A stretch of 64,000 nucleotides of DNA from Flavobacteriaceae bacterium (GTDB taxonomy: Bacteria > Bacteroidota > Bacteroidia > Flavobacteriales > Flavobacteriaceae). Under the pieces are notes generated by a model. The model had not been told where the DNA came from. It saw only the letters and a program-made list of their open reading frames with translations, and made no database searches. Both the position numbers and the translations under genes were made by a program. Of this stretch, positions 19,579 to 28,858 are shown piece by piece (the stretch's first letter is position 1; each line of letters starts with the position of its first letter). The stretch covers positions 20,272-84,271 of the forward strand of contig JAKITV010000006.1 in the NCBI GenBank assembly GCA_021647885.1, written 5' to 3'.

Positions 19579-20913
19579 TTGAATCCCTTAATTAGTCTAA
19601 AGAACATTAACAAACTCGCAATTCCTGCGCTGATTTCTGGAATATCTGAGCCAATCTTGTCTTTAACTGATGCTGCAATCGTTGGTAATATAGATGTAAA
19701 CGCTACAGAATCTTTAGCTGCTGTTGGTATTGTAACCGCTTTTTTATCAATGCTTATTTGGATGTTAGGGCAAACACGAAGTGCTATATCATCTATTGTT
19801 TCTCAATATGTTGGAGCCAACAAATTAGAGCAAGTTAAGAGCCTTCCTGCACAAGCCATTTTTATTGTTACATCTTTAAGTATTTTAATTATTGTTGGCA
19901 CATATCCTTTTGCCGAAAGTATTTTCAAACTCTATAATGCTTCCGATTTAATTCTGGATTATAGTGTTGATTATTATCAAATCCGTGTTTTTGGTTTTCC
20001 TTTTACACTATTTACAATGGCTGTTTTTGGTGCTTTTAGAGGGTTGCAAAACACCTTTTATCCAATGATAATAGCAATTATTGGAGCTGTTGTAAATATT
20101 ATATTAGATGTAATATTAGTTTACGGAGTTGAGGGCTATATAGAAGCTATGAATGTTAAAGGCGCTGCTTATGCAAGTGTTGCTGCACAATTAACAATGG
20201 CATTATGTGCTGGTTTCTACTTGCTTAAAAAAACAGAGATTCCCTTAAAACTAAGTTTCCCTTTTAATAAGGAAATTAAGCGATTTACGCTTATGATTTT
20301 AAACCTATTTGTGCGTACTTTGGCTTTAAACGTTACACTTTATTACGCAAGTGCCTTTGCAACAGGCTATGGCAAGCAATATATTGCAGCATATACGATT
20401 GCTATTAATCTATGGTTTCTTGGAGCTTTTATTATAGATGGTTATGCAAGTGCAGGGAATATTTTGTCTGGAAAATTATTTGGAGCCAAAGCATATAAAA
20501 CATTGCTTCAATTAAGCAACAAACTCATAAAATATGGAATTGCTATCGGAATTATAATAGCAATTATTGGAAGTCTTCTATATTATCCTTTAGGAAGATT
20601 GTTTACAAAAGATCCAGAAGTTTTACATGAATTCTACAATATCTTTTGGCTTATTTTAGCTATGCAACCACTTTGCGCAATGGCATTTATTTTTGATGGT
20701 ATGTTTAAAGGATTAGGTAAAATGAAATATTTGCGTAATGTTTTATTGTTTTCAACATTTCTTGTATTTGTGCCAATACTGTTTTGGCTAGACAGTCTCA
20801 ATTATAAACTATACGCCATATTTATTGCCTTGACGTTTTGGATGATTGCTAGAGGAATTCCTTTAATAATAAAATTTAGAAAAATATTTATTCCACTTTC
20901 ACAAAAGCCTTAA
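19579..20913 (+). CDS. MATE-family efflux transporter (DinF-like)
   Basis: LAIPA...D.AIVG, GAFRGLQNT, GAAYASV; ~12 TM segments. Confidence 0.9.
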   Translation: MNPLISLKNINKLAIPALISGISEPILSLTDAAIVGNIDVNATESLAAVGIVTAFLSMLIWMLGQTRSAISSIVSQYVGANKLEQVKSLPAQAIFIVTSLSILIIVGTYPFAESIFKLYNASDLILDYSVDYYQIRVFGFPFTLFTMAVFGAFRGLQNTFYPMIIAIIGAVVNIILDVILVYGVEGYIEAMNVKGAAYASVAAQLTMALCAGFYLLKKTEIPLKLSFPFNKEIKRFTLMILNLFVRTLALNVTLYYASAFATGYGKQYIAAYTIAINLWFLGAFIIDGYASAGNILSGKLFGAKAYKTLLQLSNKLIKYGIAIGIIIAIIGSLLYYPLGRLFTKDPEVLHEFYNIFWLILAMQPLCAMAFIFDGMFKGLGKMKYLRNVLLFSTFLVFVPILFWLDSLNYKLYAIFIALTFWMIARGIPLIIKFRKIFIPLSQKP

Positions 20914-20918
20914 CTTTG
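20911..20918 (+). promoter_or_regulatory. -7 box for the sORF-sORF-queD unit
   Basis: TAACTTTG overlapping the MATE stop codon. Confidence 0.55.
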
Positions 20919-20943
20919 GGGCGATAATCGACAATAAAAAATC

Positions 20944-21117
20944 ATGCTTCTAATAAGCCTATTACAAGAAATAAATATTGAAGAAAAAGTAAAAAACGCA
21001 CCAGACAGCAATTACGAAATAGGTGTGTTTATTGGCTCTATGTTGCCGTTTGTGGTTTTGGTCGTATTAGCATATATAATTTATAAGTATCATAAGAAAA
21101 GAATAAACAAGGAATAA
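20944..21117 (+). CDS. 57-aa single-pass membrane protein (below ORF track cutoff)
   Basis: MLLISLLQEINIEEKVKNAPDSNYEIGVFIGSMLPFVVLVVLAYIIYKYHKKRINKE; one TM plus basic tail. Confidence 0.75.
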   Translation: MLLISLLQEINIEEKVKNAPDSNYEIGVFIGSMLPFVVLVVLAYIIYKYHKKRINKE

Positions 21118-21118
21118 T

Positions 21119-21217
21119 ATGGATATACTTAACTTTTTAGGAGGAAACGGTTTATTTCTTTTATTAGGAATAATTTTGGTTGTTGTCTATTTTATAAATA
21201 AAAGAAAAAGAAGATGA
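21119..21217 (+). CDS. 32-aa membrane microprotein
   Basis: MDILNFLGGNGLFLLLGIILVVVYFINKRKRR; starts 1 nt after the previous stop; its TGA overlaps the queD ATG. Confidence 0.6.
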   Translation: MDILNFLGGNGLFLLLGIILVVVYFINKRKRR

Positions 21218-21672
21218 CTATGAGTAACATTCGTATAACAAAACAATTTTCTTTCGAAACTGGTCATGCGCTTTATGGCTACGACGGAAAATGCAGAAAC
21301 GTTCACGGACACAGTTATAAACTCTCTGTTACTGTAATTGGCAGCCCAATAACAGATACTGATAATGTAAAATTTGGTATGGTTATCGATTTTTCCGATC
21401 TTAAAAAAATTGTGAAAGAAGAAATAGTTAATGTGTTTGACCATGCAACTGTTTTCAACAAAAACACACCTCATGTTGAACTCGCAAGAGAACTTGAAAA
21501 AAGAGGTCATAATGTGCTTTTAGTAAATTATCAACCTACCAGCGAAATGATGATTATCGATTTTGCTGAAAAGATAAAAAAGTATCTTCCAAAAAATATT
21601 AACCTGCACTCTTTAAGACTTCAGGAAACAGATACCTCTTGTGCAGAATGGTATGCAGATGATAATGTATAA
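21214..21672 (+). CDS. queD: 6-carboxytetrahydropterin synthase / PTPS family
   Basis: H...CRNVHGHSY, GMVIDF, FDH, PTSE, ET; alternative start at 21220. Confidence 0.9.
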   Translation: MTMSNIRITKQFSFETGHALYGYDGKCRNVHGHSYKLSVTVIGSPITDTDNVKFGMVIDFSDLKKIVKEEIVNVFDHATVFNKNTPHVELARELEKRGHNVLLVNYQPTSEMMIIDFAEKIKKYLPKNINLHSLRLQETDTSCAEWYADDNV

Positions 21673-21745
21673 TTCCTGCTAAGGCAGGGAATCTCATCCT
21701 AGAATTACATTAAGTGATAAAAAAGATTCCTGCCTTCGCAGGAAT
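21672..21745. repeat. Inverted pair of REP-like palindromes
   Basis: ATTCCTGC-TAAG-GCAGGGAATCTC (21672-95) and AGATTCCTGC-CTTC-GCAGGAAT (21724-45). Confidence 0.7.
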
Positions 21746-21761
21746 TAATTTATATTTACAC

Positions 21762-22514
21762 ATGCAAATTCCTGAAGGAAAAAAAATTTACTTTGCTTCC
21801 GATAATCATTTAGGAGCACCAACACACGAAGCGTCTCTGCCTCGTGAAAAAAAATTCGTCGCTTGGTTAGATGAAATTAAGCATGATGCGGCAGTTATTT
21901 TTTTGCTAGGTGATTTATTCGATTTTTGGTTTGAATATATGCGAGTTGTCCCTAAAGGATTTACAAGGACTCTAGGAAAACTTGCCGAAATTAGTGATTC
22001 TGGAATTCCAATATATTATTTTGTCGGCAACCACGACCTTTGGATGAATGGCTATTTTGAAGAAGAATTAAATATCTCTGTTTATCATAAACCAAAAGAA
22101 TATACGTTTAATGAAACTACTTTTTTTATAGGTCATGGCGATGGTTTAGGGCCAGAAGACAAAGGCTATAAGCGTATGAAAAAAGTGTTCATCAATCCAG
22201 TAGCGAAATGGTTTTTTAAATGGTTACATCCAGATTTAGGTGTAAAATTGGCGCAATATCTATCAGTAAAAAACAAACTCATTTCTGGTGAAGAAGATAT
22301 TAAATTCCTTGGCGAAGACAAAGAATGGCTGATACAATACTCTAAAAAGAAACTGAGAGAAAAGCATAGAGATTATTTTGTGTTTGGTCACAGGCATTTG
22401 CCTTTGGAAATCGATTTAGGAAACAATTCTAAATACATCAATCTTGGCGATTGGATAAATTACTATACGTATGGCGTTTTTGATGGAGAAAAAATGAAAT
22501 TAAAAGAATACTGA
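21762..22514 (+). CDS. lpxH: UDP-2,3-diacylglucosamine diphosphatase (metallophosphoesterase)
   Basis: SDNHLG, LGDLFDFW, GNHD, HGD, GHRH; start moved to ATG 21762 because the upstream extension is the repeat. Confidence 0.85.
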   Translation: MQIPEGKKIYFASDNHLGAPTHEASLPREKKFVAWLDEIKHDAAVIFLLGDLFDFWFEYMRVVPKGFTRTLGKLAEISDSGIPIYYFVGNHDLWMNGYFEEELNISVYHKPKEYTFNETTFFIGHGDGLGPEDKGYKRMKKVFINPVAKWFFKWLHPDLGVKLAQYLSVKNKLISGEEDIKFLGEDKEWLIQYSKKKLREKHRDYFVFGHRHLPLEIDLGNNSKYINLGDWINYYTYGVFDGEKMKLKEY

Positions 22515-22517
22515 TTG

Positions 22518-24206
22518 TTATTTTACATCTCTCAATTTTAACTGCAAACTCGTTTTTCCATTCCAATGGTTTTCATCAATAGAGTAGACTGCTTTAAATA
22601 ATTTTTTATTAGAGACAGTTCTCAATTTATTGCCCAAACCAAATCCAATTCCAACAATTTTATCAGTATTATTTTGAGTTATTGTAACTCGTAAATGCTT
22701 ATTGTCTTCGCCAACACATTTGCCATAGCCTGTGTCTTTTAAATTATCTGTCATAAAAACAGGTGTCATATTTCCAGGGCCAAAAGGCGAGAGTTGCTTG
22801 AGTATCCTGTAAAATTTTGGAGTGATGTCTTCCAAATTAATTTCTGCATCAATAGTGATTTCAGGAGTAAGTAATTGTTTATTTATTGAGGAAGAAACAA
22901 CATCTTCAAACTTCTGTTTAAACGCTTCAAAATTTTCTTCTGCTAGCGTTAGTCCTGCTGCATATTTATGCCCTCCAAATTGCTCGATATGTTCGCTACA
23001 TGCTTCCAAAGCATTGTAAACATCAAAGCCTTTTACCGAACGTGCTGATGCTGCTAATTTGTCTCCACTTTTTGTAAACACCAATGTTGGTCTGTAATAG
23101 GTTTCGATTAATCGAGAAGCCACAATACCAATAACACCTTTGTGCCACGTTTCATCATAAACTACTGTTGTAAAACGCTCTTGTTCTTTATTATCATCAA
23201 TTTGTTGAAGTGCTTCAATGGTAATACGTTTGTCTGCTTCTCGTCTGTCGGTATTAAATTGTTCAATTTCTGAAGCATATCCTTTTGCTAAACTAAAATC
23301 GGTTTCTGTTAAAAGTGTAACTGCGTGATTACCATGTTTCATTCGTCCAGCAGCATTAATTCGTGGCGCAATTATAAATACAACGTCTGTTATTGATAAT
23401 TTTTCTTTTTTTATTTGCTGAATAATCGCTTTAAAACCCATTCTTGGATTTTCGTTTATTACTTGTAGGCCAAAATAAGCCAAAGTTCTATTTTCTCCTG
23501 TTATTGGAACAATATCTGCTCCAATCGCTGTAGCAACTAAATCGAGATACTCTACTAAATCTTCAATAGTCTTATTCTCTTTTGATGCTAATGCTTGAAC
23601 CAATTTAAAGCCTACTCCACAACCACATAATTCTTTATAAGGATAATCACAATCCTCACGTTTTGGGTCTAAAACTGCTGCTGCTTTAGGAATTATCTTT
23701 CCAGGTCTATGATGGTCACAAATAATAAAATCAATTCCTTTTTCTTTAGCATAAGCTATTTTTTCTATGGCTTTTATACCGCAATCTAATGCGATGATTA
23801 ATGAGAAATCATTGTCGTGTGCAAAATCGATTCCTTTATACGATATGCCATAACCTTCATCGTAACGATCGGGAATATATGTTGCAATATTCTCCTGACG
23901 TGTCTTTAAATAAGAAGATACTAATGCCACTGAAGTCGTTCCGTCCACATCATAATCGCCATAAACTAGGATGTTCTCTCCTTTAGACAAAGCCTCTTCG
24001 ATTCTATCAACAGCTTTATCCATGTCTTTCATTAAGAATGGATCGTGAAAATCATCAAAACTTGGACGAAAAAATGTTTTTGCACCTTCATAGGTTTCAA
24101 TACCTCGTTGCAGTAACAGTGTCGCAGTAATGGCATCTACCTGAAGTGCCTTTTGTAAGGTTTCAACTTTTGCTACTTCTGGTTTTGGTTTGAGTGTCCA
24201 ACGCAT
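22518..24206 (-). CDS. recJ: ssDNA exonuclease RecJ
   Basis: YGDYDVDG, DHH, PRINAAGR, GGH. Confidence 0.96.
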   Translation of the reverse strand: MRWTLKPKPEVAKVETLQKALQVDAITATLLLQRGIETYEGAKTFFRPSFDDFHDPFLMKDMDKAVDRIEEALSKGENILVYGDYDVDGTTSVALVSSYLKTRQENIATYIPDRYDEGYGISYKGIDFAHDNDFSLIIALDCGIKAIEKIAYAKEKGIDFIICDHHRPGKIIPKAAAVLDPKREDCDYPYKELCGCGVGFKLVQALASKENKTIEDLVEYLDLVATAIGADIVPITGENRTLAYFGLQVINENPRMGFKAIIQQIKKEKLSITDVVFIIAPRINAAGRMKHGNHAVTLLTETDFSLAKGYASEIEQFNTDRREADKRITIEALQQIDDNKEQERFTTVVYDETWHKGVIGIVASRLIETYYRPTLVFTKSGDKLAASARSVKGFDVYNALEACSEHIEQFGGHKYAAGLTLAEENFEAFKQKFEDVVSSSINKQLLTPEITIDAEINLEDITPKFYRILKQLSPFGPGNMTPVFMTDNLKDTGYGKCVGEDNKHLRVTITQNNTDKIVGIGFGLGNKLRTVSNKKLFKAVYSIDENHWNGKTSLQLKLRDVK

Positions 24207-24291
24207 AATTTAAATTATATAAGACTAAATTAATCTAATAAATAATAGTGTTTAATAGAAATCTTTAAAAATCTATGCTTTGTTTTAAAGC

Positions 24292-25314
24292 TCACTTTTG
24301 TAAAGCCCGTTTTAATTTTATCAAATCCTCTTGCTTATGATTTACTGAAATAACAATTCTATTCATTTTGCCTTTATAAGTAGGATAATTAAAGCTTGTA
24401 ATTATTATTCCTTTTTTAAATAAATTATCGAAAAAATTCTCTTCGCTACAGTATATTACAGGATAGTTTATATCGTATTTAAATACTTCCGATAACTCTA
24501 ACCCTTTAAACAAAAACTCTAAATTATCCTTAAGCTTTTGTCTCTGAGATTTAAACAAATCTTGAGATAACAAATAAGCTTCTAAATAAGCTGGATTAGC
24601 ACCAGAAGAAGAAATAAAGACTGGTTCATTTTTAATTGCATCAATAAAAATTTTGTCTGCTGCTATAATTCCGCCCGACAAACCTAAAGCTTTTCCTAAA
24701 GAGGATATCATAATTTTTCGACATAAGTTTCGATCTGGAATTTTGCTAAAAACCCCATTACCTTTTTCACCTATTAAACCTAAACTATGTGATTCATCAA
24801 TTACAAGAGTTATTTTCTTTTGTGGAGAAATTTCATTTAAAAAATTAAAAGATGTAGGTTTTACCTCTAATGATAATACTGCATCAACCGTAATAATAAT
24901 ATCTTCACAATCACTATTAAGTAAATTAGAATGTAGTTTCCCATTAACAAATAACGGTAAGCTATGGTGTGCTAAAATAGCTGTATGTGTTTTAGGATAA
25001 TGATAAAATGTGTGATTAAATTTAGATAAATAATCTAAAACCAATTTCCCAGCCAATGTGCCTGAAGAAACTGAAACAGAGTCTTCAGTCCCTATTTGTT
25101 TTGAAAATAATTGTTCCGCTTTATCGTAAACTGATAATTTTATGTTTGAATTTCGAGAGCTTCCATAGGAAGTGCCCCACTTTTTTATACTTTGAGTAAT
25201 TCTATCCTGAAAAACAGGATGTGTTGACATCCCTAAATAAGAAGTGCCTCCAAAATATAAATACGGTTTATCGTTTATAACAATTTCTCTGTCTGGAAAT
25301 TCGTTAACAATCAT
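24292..25314 (-). CDS. PLP-dependent class I/II aminotransferase, divergent BioF/Kbl-like
   Basis: GTSYLG, IDESHSLG, SSLGKALG (PLP Lys). Confidence 0.8.
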   Translation of the reverse strand: MIVNEFPDREIVINDKPYLYFGGTSYLGMSTHPVFQDRITQSIKKWGTSYGSSRNSNIKLSVYDKAEQLFSKQIGTEDSVSVSSGTLAGKLVLDYLSKFNHTFYHYPKTHTAILAHHSLPLFVNGKLHSNLLNSDCEDIIITVDAVLSLEVKPTSFNFLNEISPQKKITLVIDESHSLGLIGEKGNGVFSKIPDRNLCRKIMISSLGKALGLSGGIIAADKIFIDAIKNEPVFISSSGANPAYLEAYLLSQDLFKSQRQKLKDNLEFLFKGLELSEVFKYDINYPVIYCSEENFFDNLFKKGIIITSFNYPTYKGKMNRIVISVNHKQEDLIKLKRALQK

Positions 25315-25319
25315 CCTGT

Positions 25320-26330
25320 TTAAATTAGAGAAACTCCTGTTCCGTTTAAGCTACTATATTGCGTTATGCCGTTTTTAAGAGTTATTCCTTTAGCAATATC
25401 TTTTGCCAACAATAGCGCACCATCCATATCAACATAATCCAACAATGGTAATAAATGTGCTATTGCTGAAATTCCAACAGATGACTCTGTCATACAGCCC
25501 ACCATCGTTTTCATGCCCAACTCTCTAGCTTGTATAAGCATTCTTCTTGCTGGAGTTAAGCCTCCACATTTAACTAACTTAACATTAATGCCATGAAAAT
25601 GATTGTGGCATTTAGCAACATCTTCTTCTATTTGGCAGCTTTCGTCTGCTATAATTGGTAACACAGATTTCTGAAATACTTTTTTGTGTGCATCCCAATC
25701 ATCTGCTTTTAATGGTTGTTCTAAAAATTCAACACCAAGTCCTTTCAGTGCAACTGCATTATTAATTGTTTCTTCAACGCTCCAACCACAATTAGCATCA
25801 ATTCTAAAAACAGCATCTGTATGTTTACGAAGCTCTTTTACTATTTTAATGTCTTCTTTTGTGCCCAACTTTATTTTATAAATAGGCCATGGCAACTCTT
25901 TCATTTTTGCAACCATTTTTTCAATAGAGGCAATACCAATAGTGTAATTAGTTAAAGGATTGTTTTGGATATCATAATTCCAAAGCTCATATAATTTTTT
26001 GTTCTGTTGTCGTGCATATAAATCATTATATGCTAAATCTAAAGCACATAAAGCAAACATGTTATGCTTTAAATATGGATACATTTTGTTCCAAAATTCT
26101 TCAGGTGTAATATTTTCTGTTTCTTCAATTAAGGGTTTTAATGCTTTTAAATCTTCAATCATTTTGGGAACTGTAGTCTTATAATATGGGTTTGAAGTGG
26201 CTTCCCCAAAGCCAGAAATAGTATTGCTTTCAAGCTTAACTATTAAACTAGATTGTGTATTGTAAGACTCTCTTGAAATGGTAAATGTATGCTTGAGTTT
26301 AAGCTTGTATTCTTTTAAAATTAGCTTCAT
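25320..26330 (-). CDS. Dipeptide epimerase (enolase superfamily, MLE subgroup)
   Basis: FTISR, GFGEA, KIK, DAN, EQP, DES, KLVK, DMD motif. Confidence 0.88.
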   Translation of the reverse strand: MKLILKEYKLKLKHTFTISRESYNTQSSLIVKLESNTISGFGEATSNPYYKTTVPKMIEDLKALKPLIEETENITPEEFWNKMYPYLKHNMFALCALDLAYNDLYARQQNKKLYELWNYDIQNNPLTNYTIGIASIEKMVAKMKELPWPIYKIKLGTKEDIKIVKELRKHTDAVFRIDANCGWSVEETINNAVALKGLGVEFLEQPLKADDWDAHKKVFQKSVLPIIADESCQIEEDVAKCHNHFHGINVKLVKCGGLTPARRMLIQARELGMKTMVGCMTESSVGISAIAHLLPLLDYVDMDGALLLAKDIAKGITLKNGITQYSSLNGTGVSLI

Positions 26331-26345
26331 AATTTACCTAATTAT

Positions 26346-26765
26346 TTATTTGTGAAAATGTACTTTAGTGCCAACTTTAGCAAATTGGCGAAACATTTCC
26401 ATAACGCCACAGTATTTTTCAACTGACAAATTAACGGCTTTATTGATTTTGTTTTCGTTTAAGTTTTTTCCATAAAAATGATAATCAACTGTTACGGTAT
26501 GGTAGTATTTTGGATGTTCTTCTGTGAGTTCTCCCTGAACAATCATCTTAAGATCGTCCACAACAACTTTCATTTTAACTAATAATGGCAGGACATCTAT
26601 TCCAGAACATCCTGCAAGTGCTGACAGCATCATAGCTTTTGGCGATAAGCCAAATCGTTTATCAGAACCCTCAACATTTGTATCCATCATAACGGTTTTA
26701 CCACTAGGATTATCCGATTCAAACTGCATACCACCTTTCCAATGTGTTGTAATTATATCTGCCAT
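26346..26765 (-). CDS. OsmC-family protein
   Basis: P..MMLSALAGCSGID, SVEKYCGV. Confidence 0.9.
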   Translation of the reverse strand: MADIITTHWKGGMQFESDNPSGKTVMMDTNVEGSDKRFGLSPKAMMLSALAGCSGIDVLPLLVKMKVVVDDLKMIVQGELTEEHPKYYHTVTVDYHFYGKNLNENKINKAVNLSVEKYCGVMEMFRQFAKVGTKVHFHK

Positions 26766-26821
26766 ATATAAAGATTTTTTCGTTTCTTGTTAGTTCAAAA
26801 ATACTACTAAAAAATAAAAAT

Positions 26822-27412
26822 ATGCCTTTAGTTACACCATTATCTGCCGATCATGATTCAGAAACTAGAGAACTCTCCGAATTCTTTAATGAAACGCTTG
26901 GGTTTTGCCCAAATTCTGTACTTACAATGCAACGTCGCCCAGCAATTAGTAAAGCTTTTATTAATTTGAATAAAGCAGTTATGGCTAATGAAGGTCGTGT
27001 TACTTCTACTCTTAAACGTATGATTGCCTGGGTTTCTAGTAACGCTACTGGATGCAGATATTGTCAGGCACATGCTATAAGAGCTGCCGAACGTTATGGT
27101 GCTGAACAAGAGCAATTAGATAACATTTGGGAATACAAAACACATCCTGCTTTTTCGGAAGCCGAACGTGCTGCTTTAGATTTTTCATTAGCAGCTTCAT
27201 TAGTACCAAATGTGGTAGATGATAAAATAAAAAACGAATTATACATGTATTGGAACGAAGGCGAAATTGTAGAAATGTTGGGTGTTATCTCACTATTTGG
27301 ATATTTAAATCGCTGGAACGATTCTATGGGAACAAGCATTGAAAATGGTGCTGTTGAAAGTGCCGAACAGTATTTAGGAAAAACTGGTTGGGAAAAGGGA
27401 AAACATGTTTAG
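26822..27412 (+). CDS. Carboxymuconolactone decarboxylase / AhpD-like peroxidase family protein
   Basis: GCRYCQAH motif, GYLNRWND. Confidence 0.87.
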   Translation: MPLVTPLSADHDSETRELSEFFNETLGFCPNSVLTMQRRPAISKAFINLNKAVMANEGRVTSTLKRMIAWVSSNATGCRYCQAHAIRAAERYGAEQEQLDNIWEYKTHPAFSEAERAALDFSLAASLVPNVVDDKIKNELYMYWNEGEIVEMLGVISLFGYLNRWNDSMGTSIENGAVESAEQYLGKTGWEKGKHV

Positions 27413-27561
27413 AGTGTTAAATTTTTAGAACGATTCGCTTTTAGAAAATTAGACTTAAACTTTACCCCCAACTGGCGCGCTTTTAAAAAGCGCAACTAAC
27501 CTTTCCTTTTGGTAATAAGGTTTACATTATTAATAAATATCCTTTACAATTATTCTAAACA

Positions 27562-28755
27562 CTAATACAGAAAGCCAAATAAATAAAGAGGTATAATATT
27601 TAAGCTTCCTACCTCCATATCGTCTCTTACTACAAAACTATTATTAATATCCTTAATTTGTTTTGTTGATTTCCCTTTGCCTCCTATTTCAAAGGTGTAT
27701 TTTCTGTCAATAATAAAATCTCCTTTTTCAGCTAAATGAATATCATGTAGGTTTTTCATTTGATTGGCAAAAAAAGTTTCACGTAAAGTTCCTACCTCTG
27801 TATTTTGTTTCCCTAAAACATATACTAAATTTGAATTGTTAAGATATAGTTTTTCAGGCTTGGTCAATGCGCCTATACCTTTTGTTGGCTTAAACAGTTC
27901 CATAACTAAATCGGCTCTATTAAGTAGTTTTATTGCGTTTAATAAAAACCCTCTTGACATTCCTAAACGTTCACTAAGTTTTGATATATTAGGAGTGAAA
28001 GGTGCGCTTTGCGCAATGGCTACCAATAGCTTTTTTATTTTTCTGCTATCTTCATAAGCCATATTCTCAACAGCATTTAAATCTACCTCCAGAATTAAAT
28101 TTATGGTTTGGATTAATTTTTGGAAATAACTGGTTTTGTTTTCTAAAAAATAAGGGTATGCACCATAGTTTAAATAATTTTCAAAATCTTTTATAGGTGT
28201 TCCAGTTGCTGCTACTATTTGTCTGGCAATGTCTTTATGATTGTTTAATAAATCTGCTAACTTCCACTTTGGTAATTCTAATCCTTTATCAAAAAAGAGA
28301 AATTCCCTAAATGATAATTCTTTTAAGTGATAAGATACTGCTCTTCTACTTAAATCCGATTCTCCCTTATATATCTCTAAAATAGATGATGAAGTAAAAA
28401 TGGTATTTAAATTTGGAAACTGATCATAGATTAATTTTAACTCTCGTGACCACTGTGGATATTTATGAACTTCGTCTAAAAACAAATGAGTTCCTCCTCG
28501 TAGTACAAATTCTTTTGCTAATGAAACAAGCGTGTTCTCTAAAAAATACAGATTATCTAAAGAAACATATAGCGGTTCTGCCTCTTTAGGCAGCTTAAAT
28601 TTTATACGCTGAAGCAATAAAGTGGTTTTCCCTGTGCCTCTTGCTCCTTTTATGCCTATTAATCTATTCGACCAATCAATTTGAGTTAATAAATAACGTT
28701 CTTTCCGAGAAAGATTTGCCAATAACTGTTCTTGAAGTGTTAACAATTCATCCAT
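27562..28755 (-). CDS. AAA_14 / DUF4143-type ATPase with winged-helix segment
   Basis: GARGTGKT Walker A, LFLDEVH Walker B, SSS, SDLSRR, PNISKLSERLGMSR, KLY, EIGGK; ATG 28755 preferred. Confidence 0.85.
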   Translation of the reverse strand: MDELLTLQEQLLANLSRKERYLLTQIDWSNRLIGIKGARGTGKTTLLLQRIKFKLPKEAEPLYVSLDNLYFLENTLVSLAKEFVLRGGTHLFLDEVHKYPQWSRELKLIYDQFPNLNTIFTSSSILEIYKGESDLSRRAVSYHLKELSFREFLFFDKGLELPKWKLADLLNNHKDIARQIVAATGTPIKDFENYLNYGAYPYFLENKTSYFQKLIQTINLILEVDLNAVENMAYEDSRKIKKLLVAIAQSAPFTPNISKLSERLGMSRGFLLNAIKLLNRADLVMELFKPTKGIGALTKPEKLYLNNSNLVYVLGKQNTEVGTLRETFFANQMKNLHDIHLAEKGDFIIDRKYTFEIGGKGKSTKQIKDINNSFVVRDDMEVGSLNIIPLYLFGFLY

Positions 28756-28758
28756 TTC

Positions 28759-28838
28759 GTTCTTTATAAAGAACAAAAATACGAAATATTGTTTATAATA
28801 AAAAACGATTTTTAAATTTATTGCTTTTCGTTATGAAC
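28759..28838. promoter_or_regulatory. Three 16-bp palindromic sites at 32-bp spacing around the ATPase -7 box
   Basis: GTTCTTTATAAAGAAC (28759), GTTTATAATAAAAAAC (28791), GCTTTTCGTTATGAAC (28823); TATTTTTG on minus strand at 28774-81. Confidence 0.5.
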
Positions 28839-28858
28839 AGTTTAGCTGTAAAAAACAT

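Noticed and set aside
21714-21761. ORF-track N-terminal extensions (lpxH MIKKIPAFAG; also accC, nuoB, nuoH, lepA, TolB-like, AAA ATPase)
   Set aside because: They translate repeats, promoters or upstream genes; downstream ATGs give family-typical N-termini.
27477-27493. Palindrome GCGCTTTTAAAAAGCGC between convergent genes
   Set aside because: Single short palindrome without a U-tract; cannot distinguish terminator, orphan operator or chance.
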